A stretch of 64,000 nt of DNA, taken from contig MEDY01000002.1 in the NCBI GenBank assembly GCA_001724265.1, forward strand, positions 62,001 to 126,000. The letters are read 5' to 3'. Shown here one piece after another: positions 12,001 to 25,500 of this stretch. Both the position numbers and the translations under genes were made by a program. Within the stretch, counting starts at the first letter, position 1, and each line of letters begins with the position of its first letter. The DNA is from Rhizaria sp. SCN 62-66. Lineage: Eukaryota. The notes under the pieces are model-generated. The model searched no databases and was not told the origin of the DNA. It saw only the letters and a program-made list of their open reading frames with translations.

Positions 12001-15000
12001 AATGCGGTTGCTAATGTCGCCCCCGGTGCGTACGAGTACGAGTACCAGCGCAACGACGACTCCAGCTTCACCCAAACCCAGCAGCCTGGGCAGCCGGGGC
12101 AGGTGCCGCAGTTCCAGCAGCAGGGCGGTCAGAGCACGAGCAGCCAGACCGGGACGGCAAGTGGCCACTCAGTGCCGCCGACGCCCCCCATGAGAGGCAA
12201 CACCCTCGCAAACACCGCTAACATGAAAATGAACGCGAACATAAACATGATGAATAACAATGGCGGCAACAACTCGCCCTTTGTGGCCACGGTTACGGGT
12301 ACGGGTTCCAGCTCCAGCACCACAGGCACCTCTGGTACCGGTGTCGGCTTAACTGCGAACGGCAGCACCAGTGCTTTTGCCAGTGCGTTCCCTCCGAACA
12401 TGATCGGCGGGCAAGCCTCCTCTGTCCGAGGCGGCTTAATTTCTGGCGGCGGCCTAACTTCTGGCGGCGGTGTGTACACCCCTAGTCCGTCGGTATCACG
12501 TCACGCCACCGCTGTCCGCGAGCTCCATGCCGCGGGCGGCTTAACTTCGAGCAGCGCAGCCCCCATCATCATCCACACGAGTGGCCCTGCCGGCGCCACT
12601 TCCGGCACTGGCGTCAACAACACGGTGAACAACACAGTTGCGGACAGTGTCATCGAGAGCTTCACTGGCGGCCACACTGGCGTGGGTGGCAGCGGGAGCG
12701 CGCTGCACCACTCGCACTCGCAGAACCACATCGGCGCTTTGCCGTACCACCAGCAGCAGCAGCCGCGGTATTCCCTGCTCAACCACGCCGCCTCTGTCAC
12801 TCAGCAGCAGCCGCCGCTGCAGCCGACTGTCAGCATCACAGTGTATACCCCGACCAACACAAACACCGCGGCCATGCCATTGACTGCGCCCGGCATCGGG
12901 TTCCTCCCGGTCGGCACCAACAGCATCGGCAGCGGCAGCGCCGGCCTCAATACGAGTCTGAACAGCCCTAACGGCAGCAACAACAACACGCTGAACCCGC
13001 CGAGCGCTCTGCACACCGGCCGCCGCGGCGACGCCCGCGGCACTCTGGCGCGCAATGTGTTGTTCCACACAATGCGCGCTACCATGGGCGCCGGGGCTCT
13101 TGCTGCGACGCCGTCGGCGGCCGCGACCAACATCGTGACTCCGATGACCGTGAGCACCAACAGTAACTACAACACGGCGGCCAACAGCAAGGCGGGCACC
13201 AACACGAGCGGGAATAGCGGGTTTAGCTATGCGGGGCTGGCTGCCACTGCCGCGCCCGCGTCCACGGGCATAGTCACGTTCAGTGATGTGTCGGGCATGC
13301 AACAGCACCAGCAGCAGCAAATGCAGCAATTGCAGTTGGTTAATAACCAGCGTCATCCTGCGTATGACATCTGGCGGCCACCGAACCAGATGAACATGAC
13401 CAATGCTAATAATAACACTCGCAGTGCCACGGGCACGAGCAATGGGTCCACCACTGCATCTGACGCAAGCTTCGCCAACAATGGTACGAACGCGGGGATG
13501 ATGATGAACAACAACGGCGGCGCTGGCGCGTTTACCATGTCTGGGCCCGTGCCTGTGACTGTGAACATCCCGAGCACCACCGACTCATTTGCGACCTCCG
13601 GCGCCAGCGGGACTGTCAACAATGCCAACACCGGGAACAATAGTGCGACTAACAATCACGGGTTTTCCCCTAGCGGCGGCTTGCACATTGCGCAGGCCCC
13701 TGCTTCTGGCCGAGACAGCGGCTCTGTTGCCTCCACATCAGGCTCCTCACAGTCGCATTCGCAGTCGCGGACTCAGTCCCACGGACTCGGACAGGGCCAG
13801 GGACAGGGGCAGACGCTGCTGTTGCACCAAATGACCAATGTGCCTTTCATCCAGACTCACGGCCCCGGCAGCGGCGGCGGCGCCAGTGTGAGCAGCCCCA
13901 CCCTGCACAGCACTCCTGGCACTGGCAGCGGCAGTGGCAACAGCGGCGCGGACAACACCGCAGCAGCACCACAGGGACGTGACCTCGCCACGCATCTCGG
14001 CATCGCACCCGGCGCCCCGCATAGACACATGTCGTTAAAGGCCTCCCCTCCGCTGCCGCCGTACTCGCAGTTCAACAGCAGCAGCAACAGCAGCGGCCTC
14101 GACTCCGGCTCCGGCCCGCACACTCAGCTACCCTCCGGCTCCTCGCCGCTGGGGCTCGACGAGCGCGAACATGAGGACACGCTGCAGGGGCTGCCGCGTC
14201 TCATCGTGCCCCCCGCCCGGCCCATACTCGACTCGCTCTCGGCCTCCGACGCGTCCACCGGCGTGTCGAACGGCGACAACCACGGCAACAACAACAACAA
14301 CGTCAACCGTGGCGACTACGCCAACGACGTCATCACTCCGCTGCCGCTGCTGCCCAGCGCCGCCGCCGTGGCCGCCGCCGCCGGCGTTCCGCTCAGCAGC
14401 GGCGCTGCCGGTCCGGCCAGCGGCGGCCTCACCGCGGCCGACGCTGCGCTGCTGGGCAGCTACCGCTCGCGGTCGCGCACACGCGCCCACCAGCCCGTCA
14501 ATGGTACGACGACAGTGCTGCCGCAGCCGTACGCACGCAGCCCCGTGTTCGGCGGCGCAAACAGCGTCATAACCGTCGGCGGGGATCCAACCTCGCCCGC
14601 CCTCTCGTTCGCCGCCCACTCAATCGCCAACAACAACGCTAACAACAACGCGAACAATAATGCGAGTAATGCGGGCATTGTAGGTGGCATGTTTGCCCCC
14701 GGTGGCGGCGGCTTACCTTCAATGACGTTAATGGTGCCGACAGGCAGCGTCCGCAGCCGAAACAAGAACCGCAGAAACAACCACAGCACAACCCGCAGCA
14801 ACGTCAACCCGAACCCCGCGAACAACGCTAACGGTAACTTGAGTGGCGCGTTGAGCCCCAGCCACAGCGCCAGCCCAGGTCCCGGCTCCGGCCCCAGCGC
14901 CAGCCCCGGCCCCGGCTCCGGCGGGTCGATGCCCGGCACTGTCTCAGGCTCGGTGTCGAACTCAGTCGGCAACACCCCCAGTCCGGCGCCGCACTTGACC

Positions 15001-16479
15001 GCGCAGCACAGCGCCGGCGCGAACGCTGTGGCCACCCACGGCCAGATGAGCATGCAGGGCCGGCACAGCGCCCACGGTCAGGCCGGGCTTGGGCTCAGTC
15101 CCCCCGGCACCGCCGCCGGTCAAATCCCCAATCAGGCCCCCGGCCAGGCCCCCGGCCACCTGCTGACCGTGGTCAAGGCGGGCAGTGCGGGCGGCCACCG
15201 GCCGTCTCAGACCCAGCCCGGCGGCGGCTCGACGGCCGCGAACGCCGCGGGCGGGTCGCCGAGCATGCAGGCGTCGCCGGCGCCGACCGTAGTCAGCGTG
15301 AGCTCCGCCAACAGCAACCCGTCGCGCGGCAACACACCGATGCGGCGCTCCTTCGTCAAGCCCAACGACGGCGCGGCGACGGCGGCGATGGCCATGAACA
15401 TGAACGCTGCCATCGCCGCCGCGGCCGCCGCAGCCGCTGCCGCCACGCTCGGAGGTGTCGCTCCGTCAGGCTTCGCGTTCCCCCCGGCGGGCTTCCCGTC
15501 CGGCCACGGCCAACAGGGTCAGGGCCAACAGCAGCATGGGCATGGGCACGGTGGTAAATCGACTGTGGGCAGTCCCGGCCGTCACGGCCACCACCGCCGC
15601 GCGGGCAGCGTGTCTCCCATCCCAGTCAACCCGTCGTCACTGATGGCGAAGCGCACTCTCGCCGGCCGCCACCTCAACTTTAACACCAACGCGGCCGGCT
15701 CCAACCTGAGTGGGAGCGGAAACACTGTCAGCAGTCTGAGTGGGGCGACGGCCGGCGGCGGCACCCCCGTCGTCGCCCCCGGTGCCAACGGGGGCGGCGT
15801 GATGGCTCTTTCAGTCACGCCCGACTTGCAACGCCCCAACAGTCGCTTCGCATTGCACAACAACCTTGCTAACGCAAACGCGGTGCATAGCCCTGGCATG
15901 ACTGCGAGCAACTACAATAGATCAGTTTCCCCCTCGGCAGCGCTCTTCTGGGGCGCCACCAACCCCAACCCCGCGGGACGGATTGACTACAACACCCCCG
16001 CCGGCCTCAACACGTCCAACTCGCTCGCGCTGAGCAGCGCCGCTCTCGGCTCCAGCAACAGCGGCGGCGTCCCGCCCACCATCATCGGCAGCGGTTTCAC
16101 TAACACCAGCAGCAACACCGTCATCAACGGCAGCAACAGCACAACTGCTGGGATCCGGCCTCTGATGCGGATGCCGTCGCCGGTGCTTGAGGCGCACTAC
16201 CTGACCCAGTCGCAGTCGCACGCGCACGCGCAGGCGCAGCTCCAGGCTGCTAACGGCGCCCCTGGCTCCGGAACTTTTGGCGCTGCCCCGCCCGGTGTCG
16301 AGCGCCTCCCTAGCGCGTTGATGCTGTACCGCGGCTTAGCTTCCGGGTCGCCGTAGCCCCTCGTGGCTGCCAGCGCCCATGGTCAGTCCCACCACGCCCG
16401 AAGCGGCGGCACGCACACGCGCGCTGCGTCCAGCGTCACCTCAGCGATGCTCAGCCAGCTCAGTAGCATCAACAACGGC

Positions 16480-16516
<37 letters not shown>

Positions 16517-19500
16517 GCAACGCTGGAAGTGTGCATTCGCCAGCCGTCTTTGACGCCAACGGCAACCCTAGCAGTTCGTTCGGCACCTATGCTCTGCCCC
16601 CGCCGACTGTGGCGTTGGACTCCCACGACCACAGCAACGCCACCTCGCACGGCGACGTGTCCCTCAGGACCCCCGGGGGCGGCCTAACTTCCCCGCCCTC
16701 TGCGGACGGGATCTCCGCGACGCCCGGTCTGTTCGGCACAAACACCGATTCTGACTCGAACGCGGCCAGCAGCGGCCCCAGCCTCCACGGGCCGGCCGGG
16801 CAGTCCGTCAGCGTCCTCGGCGCCGCCAGCGCTGTGCCCCGCGGCAGTGGCTCCAGCCCGATGTACGTCAGTCGCCAGGGCAGTCCGCGCCACGTGAACG
16901 CCGCTCTCGCAGCGGGCCTCAGCGGCGGCGTCAGCTCCGGCGGCGTCGGGCTCGACGTCGGGCTCAGCATCAACGTTACGGGCACCGGCCCCAGGAGTCC
17001 CATGCGTTCAGCCAAGCGCAGCCCGCACGCGCCGCGTAGCCCCAGCGCGATACAGCACCACACGCGCGCCAATAGCCCGTCGCACAACTTCAACAACGGC
17101 CAGTTCTTCCCCGGCAGCAGCGGCGCGGCCACCAACGCTAACAGCGTCCAGCTTAGTCCCTCGGCAAGCACGCCGAACCCACATGGGAATGCGCTGCAGC
17201 TGGGGGCGTCGCCGACCGCGGCGGCCGCCGCGGCTGCTCTGCTGAACAACACGAGCAGCAATACCAGCGTGCTCGCGTCGTTCTATGGCAACAACGCGAC
17301 GTCGAATGCAATCGCCGCCGCGCTCGCAGCCGCTGGCAGTCCCAACGGCGGTGGCAATGCCAACAACGGCCCGTTATCGGTACAGCAGCAGCAAACCATG
17401 GGTATTGCCTCCGGCCGCTTTTACCCCGGTCCCGGCACGCCCACTTCACGTCTCTCGCAGCACTTCCAGAGCAACAACAACAACAACAACGCGAACATGA
17501 ACTCGCCGCTGATGTCACCCGCATTCAACGCTGCAGGTGAGGCGAGCGTGAACTCACTCGGTCGTCGGTCACCACCGGGCACGCCCACATACGGCATCAA
17601 CGGTGTGAACAATAACAACGGCGCTGGCGTGGGGTCAATGCCTCCGCTGCTGGCCAGTTTGACTGGCTCCCGCAACCACTCGCTCGGACCCAACGCGGTC
17701 GCTGCGGGACTCAACAGCCACCACGGCATGGCGCAGAGTGCGGGCACGTCGAGCAGCAGCAGTAACATTGATGCTACGATGTACAATAGCGTTAATAACG
17801 TCAACATGATGAGCAGCGTCAACAGCAACATGTTCAACGGATGGCATGATACGGAGTCTGGTCACGGTAAGACGGGTGGCGACGTTTACAGCTCGAACCC
17901 CGCGATGGACGACAACATGAACGGCAACGGTAACTTTATCAACGGTGTCGGCGTCAACGGTGGCTACAACGGCGCTGTACTGTCGTCTGAGCTTGTGCCA
18001 CAGGGGCCCGGTCCGCTTTTGGCTATCACAAAGGACCCTGCCGGTGGCATCTTACTACCGGAGACACAGGAGTGGCTGCAGTCAGTCAATAACCCGCTGA
18101 ACCACATTTCCCACTTCGACTTTAACACGCTCAACAACGAGCTCTTCAGCGGCAACGAAGAGACCAATGAGCAGTTCTCGCAGGAGCTTGCCGGTGTGCG
18201 CATCGGACTCGAACTCGGACTGCAGACGTCGCTGCGTCTCATTCTCGCAATGGTAATCCTGATCCTTCTCCTCGGTCTGCTGCTGCCTAGCAACACCGTC
18301 TCCCGTGCACCACTGTATTTCCTCACGTCAGTCAACGCCGTCGTCGCCCTCGGCGACCCTCTCGCGCAAAGCACCGCGGTGACTCTGTTCACCGCTTCAT
18401 TCGCCGACGAGCTCATCAAGATGGTCATCAACGGCGTCGTCGTGTACTCGAACCCGTCGCTGGCATCAATGCGCACCCGCGATCTGGCCCACTACAGCGT
18501 CGGCGCCGTCAGCGCCACTATGTCCGCACGCGCGCATCTGCACTCAGAGATCGTTGGCCTGCTGATCATCACCACGGCCGCCATCGTGCTCGGCGCTCTT
18601 GGCGGTTTCGGCATCAACTGGCTTATTTCAGTGCTGATTATCCAGCCTATCGTGCAAATGACCGACTTCGTCGCCGAACTGGCCCGCAACCCGCTCGCCA
18701 AGATCAAGCGCAAGCGGCCCGAAGCCTCCCGCTCCTGTCTGTCCGCGAGGCTCAAGGCCGACAACATCGACGGCCGCTTCCAGACCGCCGAGCTCGAGGC
18801 CACGCTGGTTCAGCTTGCCGGCCTGCTTCAGGTCGGCTTCGGCGTCGCCGGTGCTAAGATCATCTCGCACAACCTCATCGGTCCTTACCTGGACCCCATG
18901 TTGCCCGGTCGTAAGATCTGGGGCGTGTTCGGCTTCGGCTCCATCCGCCGGTTCAACTTCGTTGTCGAAGTGCTCGAGCGCGACGTCATGCTGTTCATCA
19001 ACCAGATTGCAGAGCTCGTGCACACGCAGTGCCACAGCTACGGCGGTCACCCGAACAAGAACATGGGCAACGCTTTCCTCATCGTCTGGAAGCTACCAGA
19101 ACAGGCCTTCTTGGACGATGACGACGACGGCGGCGGCGGCGAAGACGACGACCAGCTCGCGCCCCCGCCAGACTGCCTCAGTCTCGCGATGCTGGAGCCG
19201 GAGTTCACGGACTCCGACTACGACACGACGCCGAGTGAGTTCAGCCAGTCTGCGTACGACTCGAATGCGGCGTCCGCGCCCGGCTCGGACTCTGGCTCGC
19301 GGATTGACCGGCTGAGCGGCAGTGACCTCAGCAACAGCTACAGCGGCAGCGACATGAGCAGAGGGCGCATGCGCGGCCGCTCGCCTAACTACTCGGGCTC
19401 CTCATCCACCCGCAGCAGCAGCTACAGCGGCAGCGACACCGACAGCGGCGACTACAGCAGCGCCTGCAGCACGTGCTCCTACTCTGGCGGTCCGTACCGT

Positions 19501-22500
19501 TCCTCAGGCTCGGACTCGGACTCAGCCTCTGACTCGAGCACGCGAAACGGCTCCAACGCCAGCTCCAGTACGATGAGCGCCGCGCGCCGAGCGCTGCGGG
19601 GACGGTCATACAGTGACGCGAGCCAGTCCAGCGCCAGCGTCAATGGCGGCTCGAGCTCCAGCTCCAGCTCGTCGTCCTCCTCGAGCAAGGCCGGGCTGCT
19701 CGCTGTTCCCGCGAACGACAGCATGCGCAGCCGCACGCGTGACAGCGAGCACCGGGACACGCGCGGCACGCGTGACTCGCGCAAGAGCGGCAAGAGCAAG
19801 GGCCGCGACCACCGCGCTCGCGACCGCAGTACTCGCGACGGTACCCGTGACCCGCGTGAGCCCCAGCGACTCAACGACTCGCGCACCGAGCAGCAGCCGC
19901 GCCGCGGGCTGCTCGCGCGCTCGCACTCACAATCGCAGTCGCACTCCGTGTCCGAGTCGGAAACGGCGCCCGAGCCGAGCCCCGTCAGCTCGCGCGCGCA
20001 GAGCCGCGCTCTGGGCAGCATTGGCGGCGGCAGCGGTGTTAACGTTCACGAGGACAGCGCGAGTCGGGCGCAGAGCCGCGGTCAGCTGCCGCTGCACTCG
20101 TCGTCCCGGTCTGGCCGGCTCGACAAGGCGAGACTCACCAAGTCTCGCACGTCGGACGCGAACAACCCGCACAACACCAGCGTCGTCCATGCCAGCAGCA
20201 GCCGCAACAGCAACCGGCGCATCACGTCGTCGCGCGCGCTCGGCAGCCGCAGCGGCAGTGACAGCGAGAGCGACCGCACCAGCACGCGGCTTTCTTTCGG
20301 CAGCGGCCGCGACTCGACCCGGCTCTCGACGCGTCCGCTCACCCTGCAGAACAACATGAGCAGCATGACTATCGACAAGCACAGCCTCAACAGCAGTGTG
20401 TTCGAGTCCCGCTCGCGTGCCCCCTCGGTCACTGCGCAGAACGTCGCCGCGACCCCCGGTTTCGGCCTGCGCGCGCGCGCCCCCTCGGCCGCAAGCGCAA
20501 GCAACACCGACACGGGTCGTGCGCGCACTCGCACGTTGCCCGCGATCACGAATGCGAGCTCCAGCAACACTGCGGACGGGCTGAATAGCACTGCGCTCGT
20601 CGCGTCTAGATCGTCTATTGCGACGCTGCCCAACACCATCAGCACGCCCGGGGCGGATGAGAGGCGCCTGATCAAGTACAGGAGTGCGCAGATCACGGAG
20701 AAGCGCCACCACTCGCGGCGTCACGGCAAGCGCAGTCACCGCCACGACCGCGATGCGCGCGACACGATGAACTCTGACGACACACACGCCTCCCGCGACA
20801 CTCGCGACACCTGTGACACACGTGACCGTGAGCGCGACCGTGACCGTGAGCACCGCCACCACCGCGACACCCGCGACTCCCGCGACACGCGTGACACGCG
20901 TGACCGTGAGTACCGGCACCGCGAGCGCGTGCTCAGCCTCCGGAGCAGCCGCGGCAGCTCGCGTCCCGGCACGGCGCTGGCTTCGCACCCAGGCTCCTCC
21001 GCCAGCGTTGATGTCAGCGGCAACCTCAGCGGCGGCGGCGGCGGCGGCGGTGGCGGCATGGGGCTGCTGCGCCACAGCAGCGACACAACGACCACCAACA
21101 GCACCATCTCCGCCTCTTTGACCGCCGCGGCCGCCGCAGCCGGTGCCGCGGCCGCCATGGCCAGTTCGCATAGCAGCTCCATAATGAGCAAGCACCCGAC
21201 CGGGCTCGAGGGGCTGACTCTCTTCACGGCCCCGTCGCCGGACCCGGGCACTGAGAGCGGCGACGAGCGGTCGCCCACGCTGTCGCTGCGCCACCACGGC
21301 CACGGCAGCCACAGCCACCACCACAGCGGCGGCGGCGGCGGCGCGCACAGCCACTCGAACTCGCGATCGCGCCGCACGACGCTGGACTCCACCTCGCTGG
21401 CCAACGCCGTCGATACCAGCGGCGCCAACACGACGCTGTCGGCCGCCATGCTCCGTGAGCACCGCCGCGCGCGCCGCCGCGGCGCCGTGGTGTCCCCCGT
21501 GCCGCCCGCGGGCGGCGGCGGGCTCACGGTCACCACGACGGTGTCACCGGTGCTGCGGGTGCGGCGCAACAGCCTCATGCGCCACGGCTCACTGCCGCTG
21601 ACCGTCTCCGGCGCGGCCACGGTTGCCGGGACTGCCACGGTCACCGGCTCGCACTCGCGGTCGCCGTCGCCGTCGCCGTCGCCGTCTCGGTCCACCTCCA
21701 CGACGTCTTCGTCCTCGTCCTCGGCGACAGACTCTGTGTCGTCGTCGACCCACTCCTCGTCGACGTCGTCCTCCTCGAACGCGGTCGTGCACCTGGTCGG
21801 CGCCAACCCCGCCACCAGCGCCGCCGCCGCGAACCTCATGGCGCTTGCGGTGCCCAGGTCGGACGCGTCATCGCGCCGCCGCCTTAGTAGCCGCCGCCGC
21901 GGCTCGGCGGCCCAGCAGCGCCCTCCTTCGTCGGCATTCGCACCCGCTAATGCGTCAAACAACAGCAACCATACCGCTGGGGCGGTGCCAGGCGCGTCCT
22001 CGGCGTTCCCGGCCGCGACGCCCGCGATGGGCGCGGCCGCTGCCCCGACTGGCGGCATCGCGTTGCTCGCGAGCGGCGCCATGTCCCCGCCGCGCCGCTT
22101 CCGCTCCGGCTCTGTGGTTACGCTGCCGACCTCGCCCGTCGCCCCGTCGCCGCCCGCGCGCCCGCTGCCCGGGCTCGCGGCCGCGCAGGACGGCGACAGC
22201 AGCATGGCCGCCGCTGCCGCCGCCGCCGCCGCGGGCGTGTCCGTGGCGCAGCCCGGCGGCCGGTCGGTGGTGCCGGTGCCACTCGCATTGCCGCAGCCGT
22301 CGGGCCTGTCGTCGCCCGCAGTGCACCACGCGCTCCCGCAGCAGCAGGTGACGCTGCACACGCGCCGCCGCGGCGACAGTTACGCCACGGGCCCCTTCTC
22401 CCCGCTGCCGCCCGCGGCTGCGTCGTCGGCGCATGCCAACAACGGGCGCAGCACGCCCAAGGGTATCGACGGCTTCGCTTTCTGGGACACCCCGGCGCCC

Positions 22501-25500
22501 GTGGCCGCTGCCTCGCAGCAGCAGCAACATCAGCTGTCGCAGGTGCTTGCGGCGGCGGCCGGAGCACCGCTCCCGGGCTCGCCAGTGCATTTCACGTTAT
22601 CTGGCGCCCTGAGCCCCGGGGCCCCGTCGGGCGCGGTATCCGTGTCCGGTGGCGGCGGCCACATCAGCAGCACCGGGCTGTCCCTGCTCTCCAACACGAA
22701 CAACGCCAACCTGCCCGCGCACGCCAGCTCCGCCAGCGCGAGCTTTGGCTCCTCCAGCGCCGGGGGCGCGAGCTTTGGCGCCTCCAGCGCCGGGGGCGCG
22801 AGCTTTGGCGCCCCCAGCGCCGGGGGCGCGGGCAACGGTAGCGCGACGGTCCTGCCTCTGCGCGACGCCGCCGCCGCGGCCGCCAACGCCAACAACGGCG
22901 ATGGCGGCAGCGTGAGTGGCGTGGCTAGCCCCCGCATCCAGCACCGCCAGGCCGCCGCCGCGCAGTCCGCCGCCGCGGCCGCGGCCGCCGCCGCCAGCGG
23001 CCGCCGCCAGTCGACGCTGTCACGCCCCCTCGGCGCGCCCGGCGCGGGGCTGCCGCAGTCGCTCACCTCCCCCGGCGCCGCCTCCGGCGTCCTTGAGCCC
23101 GGGGGCGCGTCAGCCCTGGCAGGCACCGCCGGGGGGTCCACGGTCAGTGCACTGCTCTTGAGCGGGGGCAGCGGCAGCGGTGTGATGAGCGGCCGGCTCG
23201 GCCCCAAGCCGTCGCCAGACTTCCTGCCCCACCAGGCTCTCGGCGGCACCGCCATACACTCATCTCCACCGTCGTCGTCGTCGTCCTCCTTCTCCTCCTC
23301 GTCTGCGGCGGCGGTGGGCGGCAGCGGTGGCGGCGGTGTGACGGTGTTCAGCTCAGGCGTGTTTGGCGGCAGCTTCAATGGCTTGCAGTCGCTCTCCAGC
23401 TTCAACAACAACGTCACCAAGGACACCGCGAGCAACGCCAACAACGCCGGCGCCAACGCGGCGCGGCCCACCTCGGCCACTTACGCCAGCAACAACGGCG
23501 TCAGTCTGCTCTCGATGGTGCAGCCCGCTCCCCTCGACACAACGTTCCTGAGCCACGCGGTGACGAAGAACGACGGCAGCTCGTCTAAGGGCCCCAGCTC
23601 CCCGACGCACGTCGAGCCGTCGCCGCCGAGTAACAAGGCGGCTGGCGCGATGTCCCCTGCCGCAAGCGGGGACTTCGAGAACAGTGCGACCCTCCGCGGC
23701 AACCACATGTCCCCTAGGTACGCTGAACGAAGATACTGCGCATCAAAGTAAATTAACGTTAATGCGATGCATATTAAATTGTGTTATTGCATACTTCTGG
23801 ACTCTTTTGCTAATCTATATTTCTTGTATTTTCTTGTTTTGTAATCTTCTTTCTGCAGTCGCATGCCCCGCCGGTCCCCGTCGCTGGCCCCGCGCCGGCT
23901 CACGGCCTCTTCACCCGCCATCTCCGGTCTGCGGCTGCTAACTCCCGCGGCGACTACAACGACGCTCGCGGCGCACGCCTCCAACGCCAGCAGCACCCCC
24001 AGCGGTAATCACGCGAACAACGCTCATAACAGCGTCGGCGGTGGTAACTCCTCGAGTACAGCGAACCCGAACGGTCTCCCGATGCTACACATGGACACCC
24101 CGACTTCGCCGACACTGTCGATGCTGCGGCGGCCGTCGCTGCCTTTTGCGTCCCCCGCGGCCGCGGCGGGCGCCGGCGGCGGCGGCAGTGGTGTGGTTCC
24201 GTTCAACCTGGGCGCCCGCGCTCGGTCTGGATCAGTTGACTACCACCACACGCACGGTCACCACAGTCACCACAACCACCACAACCACAGGAGCGAACGC
24301 AGTGACCGTGACCGCGACCGTGAACGCAGTGACCGTGAGCACCATCGCAGTGACCGTGAGCGCGACCGCGATCGTGACCGTGAGCATCACAGCCACCACC
24401 GCAGTGACCGTGAGCGCGACCGTGACCGTGAGCACCGTGGCAGCCGCCGCGACTCCCTGGCCGACACGCCCGTTGCCGGGGTCGCCAGCCCAACCGGCAC
24501 GGTGGGCAGCACCACGGGCCAGCGGCTGCTGCGCCACATGGAGTTCGCGAATGAGGGCGACTTGCTCTTTAGCGTCGGCGAGCAGGGCGAGGAGCGGCTG
24601 CGGACCAAGAAGGACAAGAAGGACAAACGGGACAAGAAGGAGAAGAAAGACAAGAAGGAGAAGAAGAGCAAGAAGGACAAGCGCGACACAGTCGCCACCA
24701 ACGGCAGCGAAGTCGCAATGATCGACGGCGGCGGCCCGAACCTGGTCGACAGCGTCGCCGGCTCTAGTCAGGACCCTTCGTCTCCTATGCAACAGCAGGC
24801 CTACTCGCTACAACAGCAGCAGCAGCAACAGCTCGGTCACAGTCATGCCGTCTCTCTCGTCTCCACGATGAGCTCTCAGAACGGCGGCCCGCAGCCCAGC
24901 AACAGCCACAGCAACAACGCGCGCAGCAGCAACAGCAGCAGCAACGTCGCCACCAGTGTCCCGCAGATGAGCCGCGTGCCCACCCTCAGCGCCAACGTGC
25001 CCACTGACGGCACGGCCCCGGGCGCTGCCGCGGCCGCTGGCGCCGGCGGCGGCGACAGCAACAGCGACACGTTCAGTTCCTACGGCCAGATGTTGCAGCG
25101 CTCTAAAACGCATCACCACAGCAACCTGCAGCACTCCGCGTCCGCCAACGCAGGCGCAAGCGCTGCCGCTGGCGCTGCTGCTGCTGCTGGTGCCACCACG
25201 AGCATTGCCCCCACGTCATTGTTCGACAACTCGGCCGCGACCTCGACTACGAACGCGGGCAGCGGCGACGCGCTGAGCCCGCTCTCCCCGCTGAACAACC
25301 CCGCGCCTCACGCCAACGCCGCCCACGCCAGCGCTCTTCTCCACACCGCGGCCAACACGAGCGCCGCCAACAGCGCAGTCGCCAGCCCCAGCACGGTCAC
25401 CAGCTCCCGCGTCGTCTCCCCGTTCGCCGCCAGCGTCACCGCGCACCGGTCCGACCTGGTGACGTCGCCGTTCGCGGCGCTGGGCAGCAGCTACGCCGTC

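Noticed and set aside
16326-16356. Micro-intron GTACCG...TAG removing the cyclase TAG
   Set aside because: It would be 31 nt and shift the frame, and it is GC-rich, unlike the 132-215 nt AT-rich introns seen here. A longer intron ending at this TAG cannot be fully excluded without RNA data.
16363-23751. Treating ORFs 5617..16356, 16363..23751 and 23863..39531 as three separate genes
   Set aside because: Each holds only a fragment of one conserved channel-cyclase architecture, in collinear order. There is no intergenic spacer at 16356, and there is a clean in-frame intron at 23718-23858.
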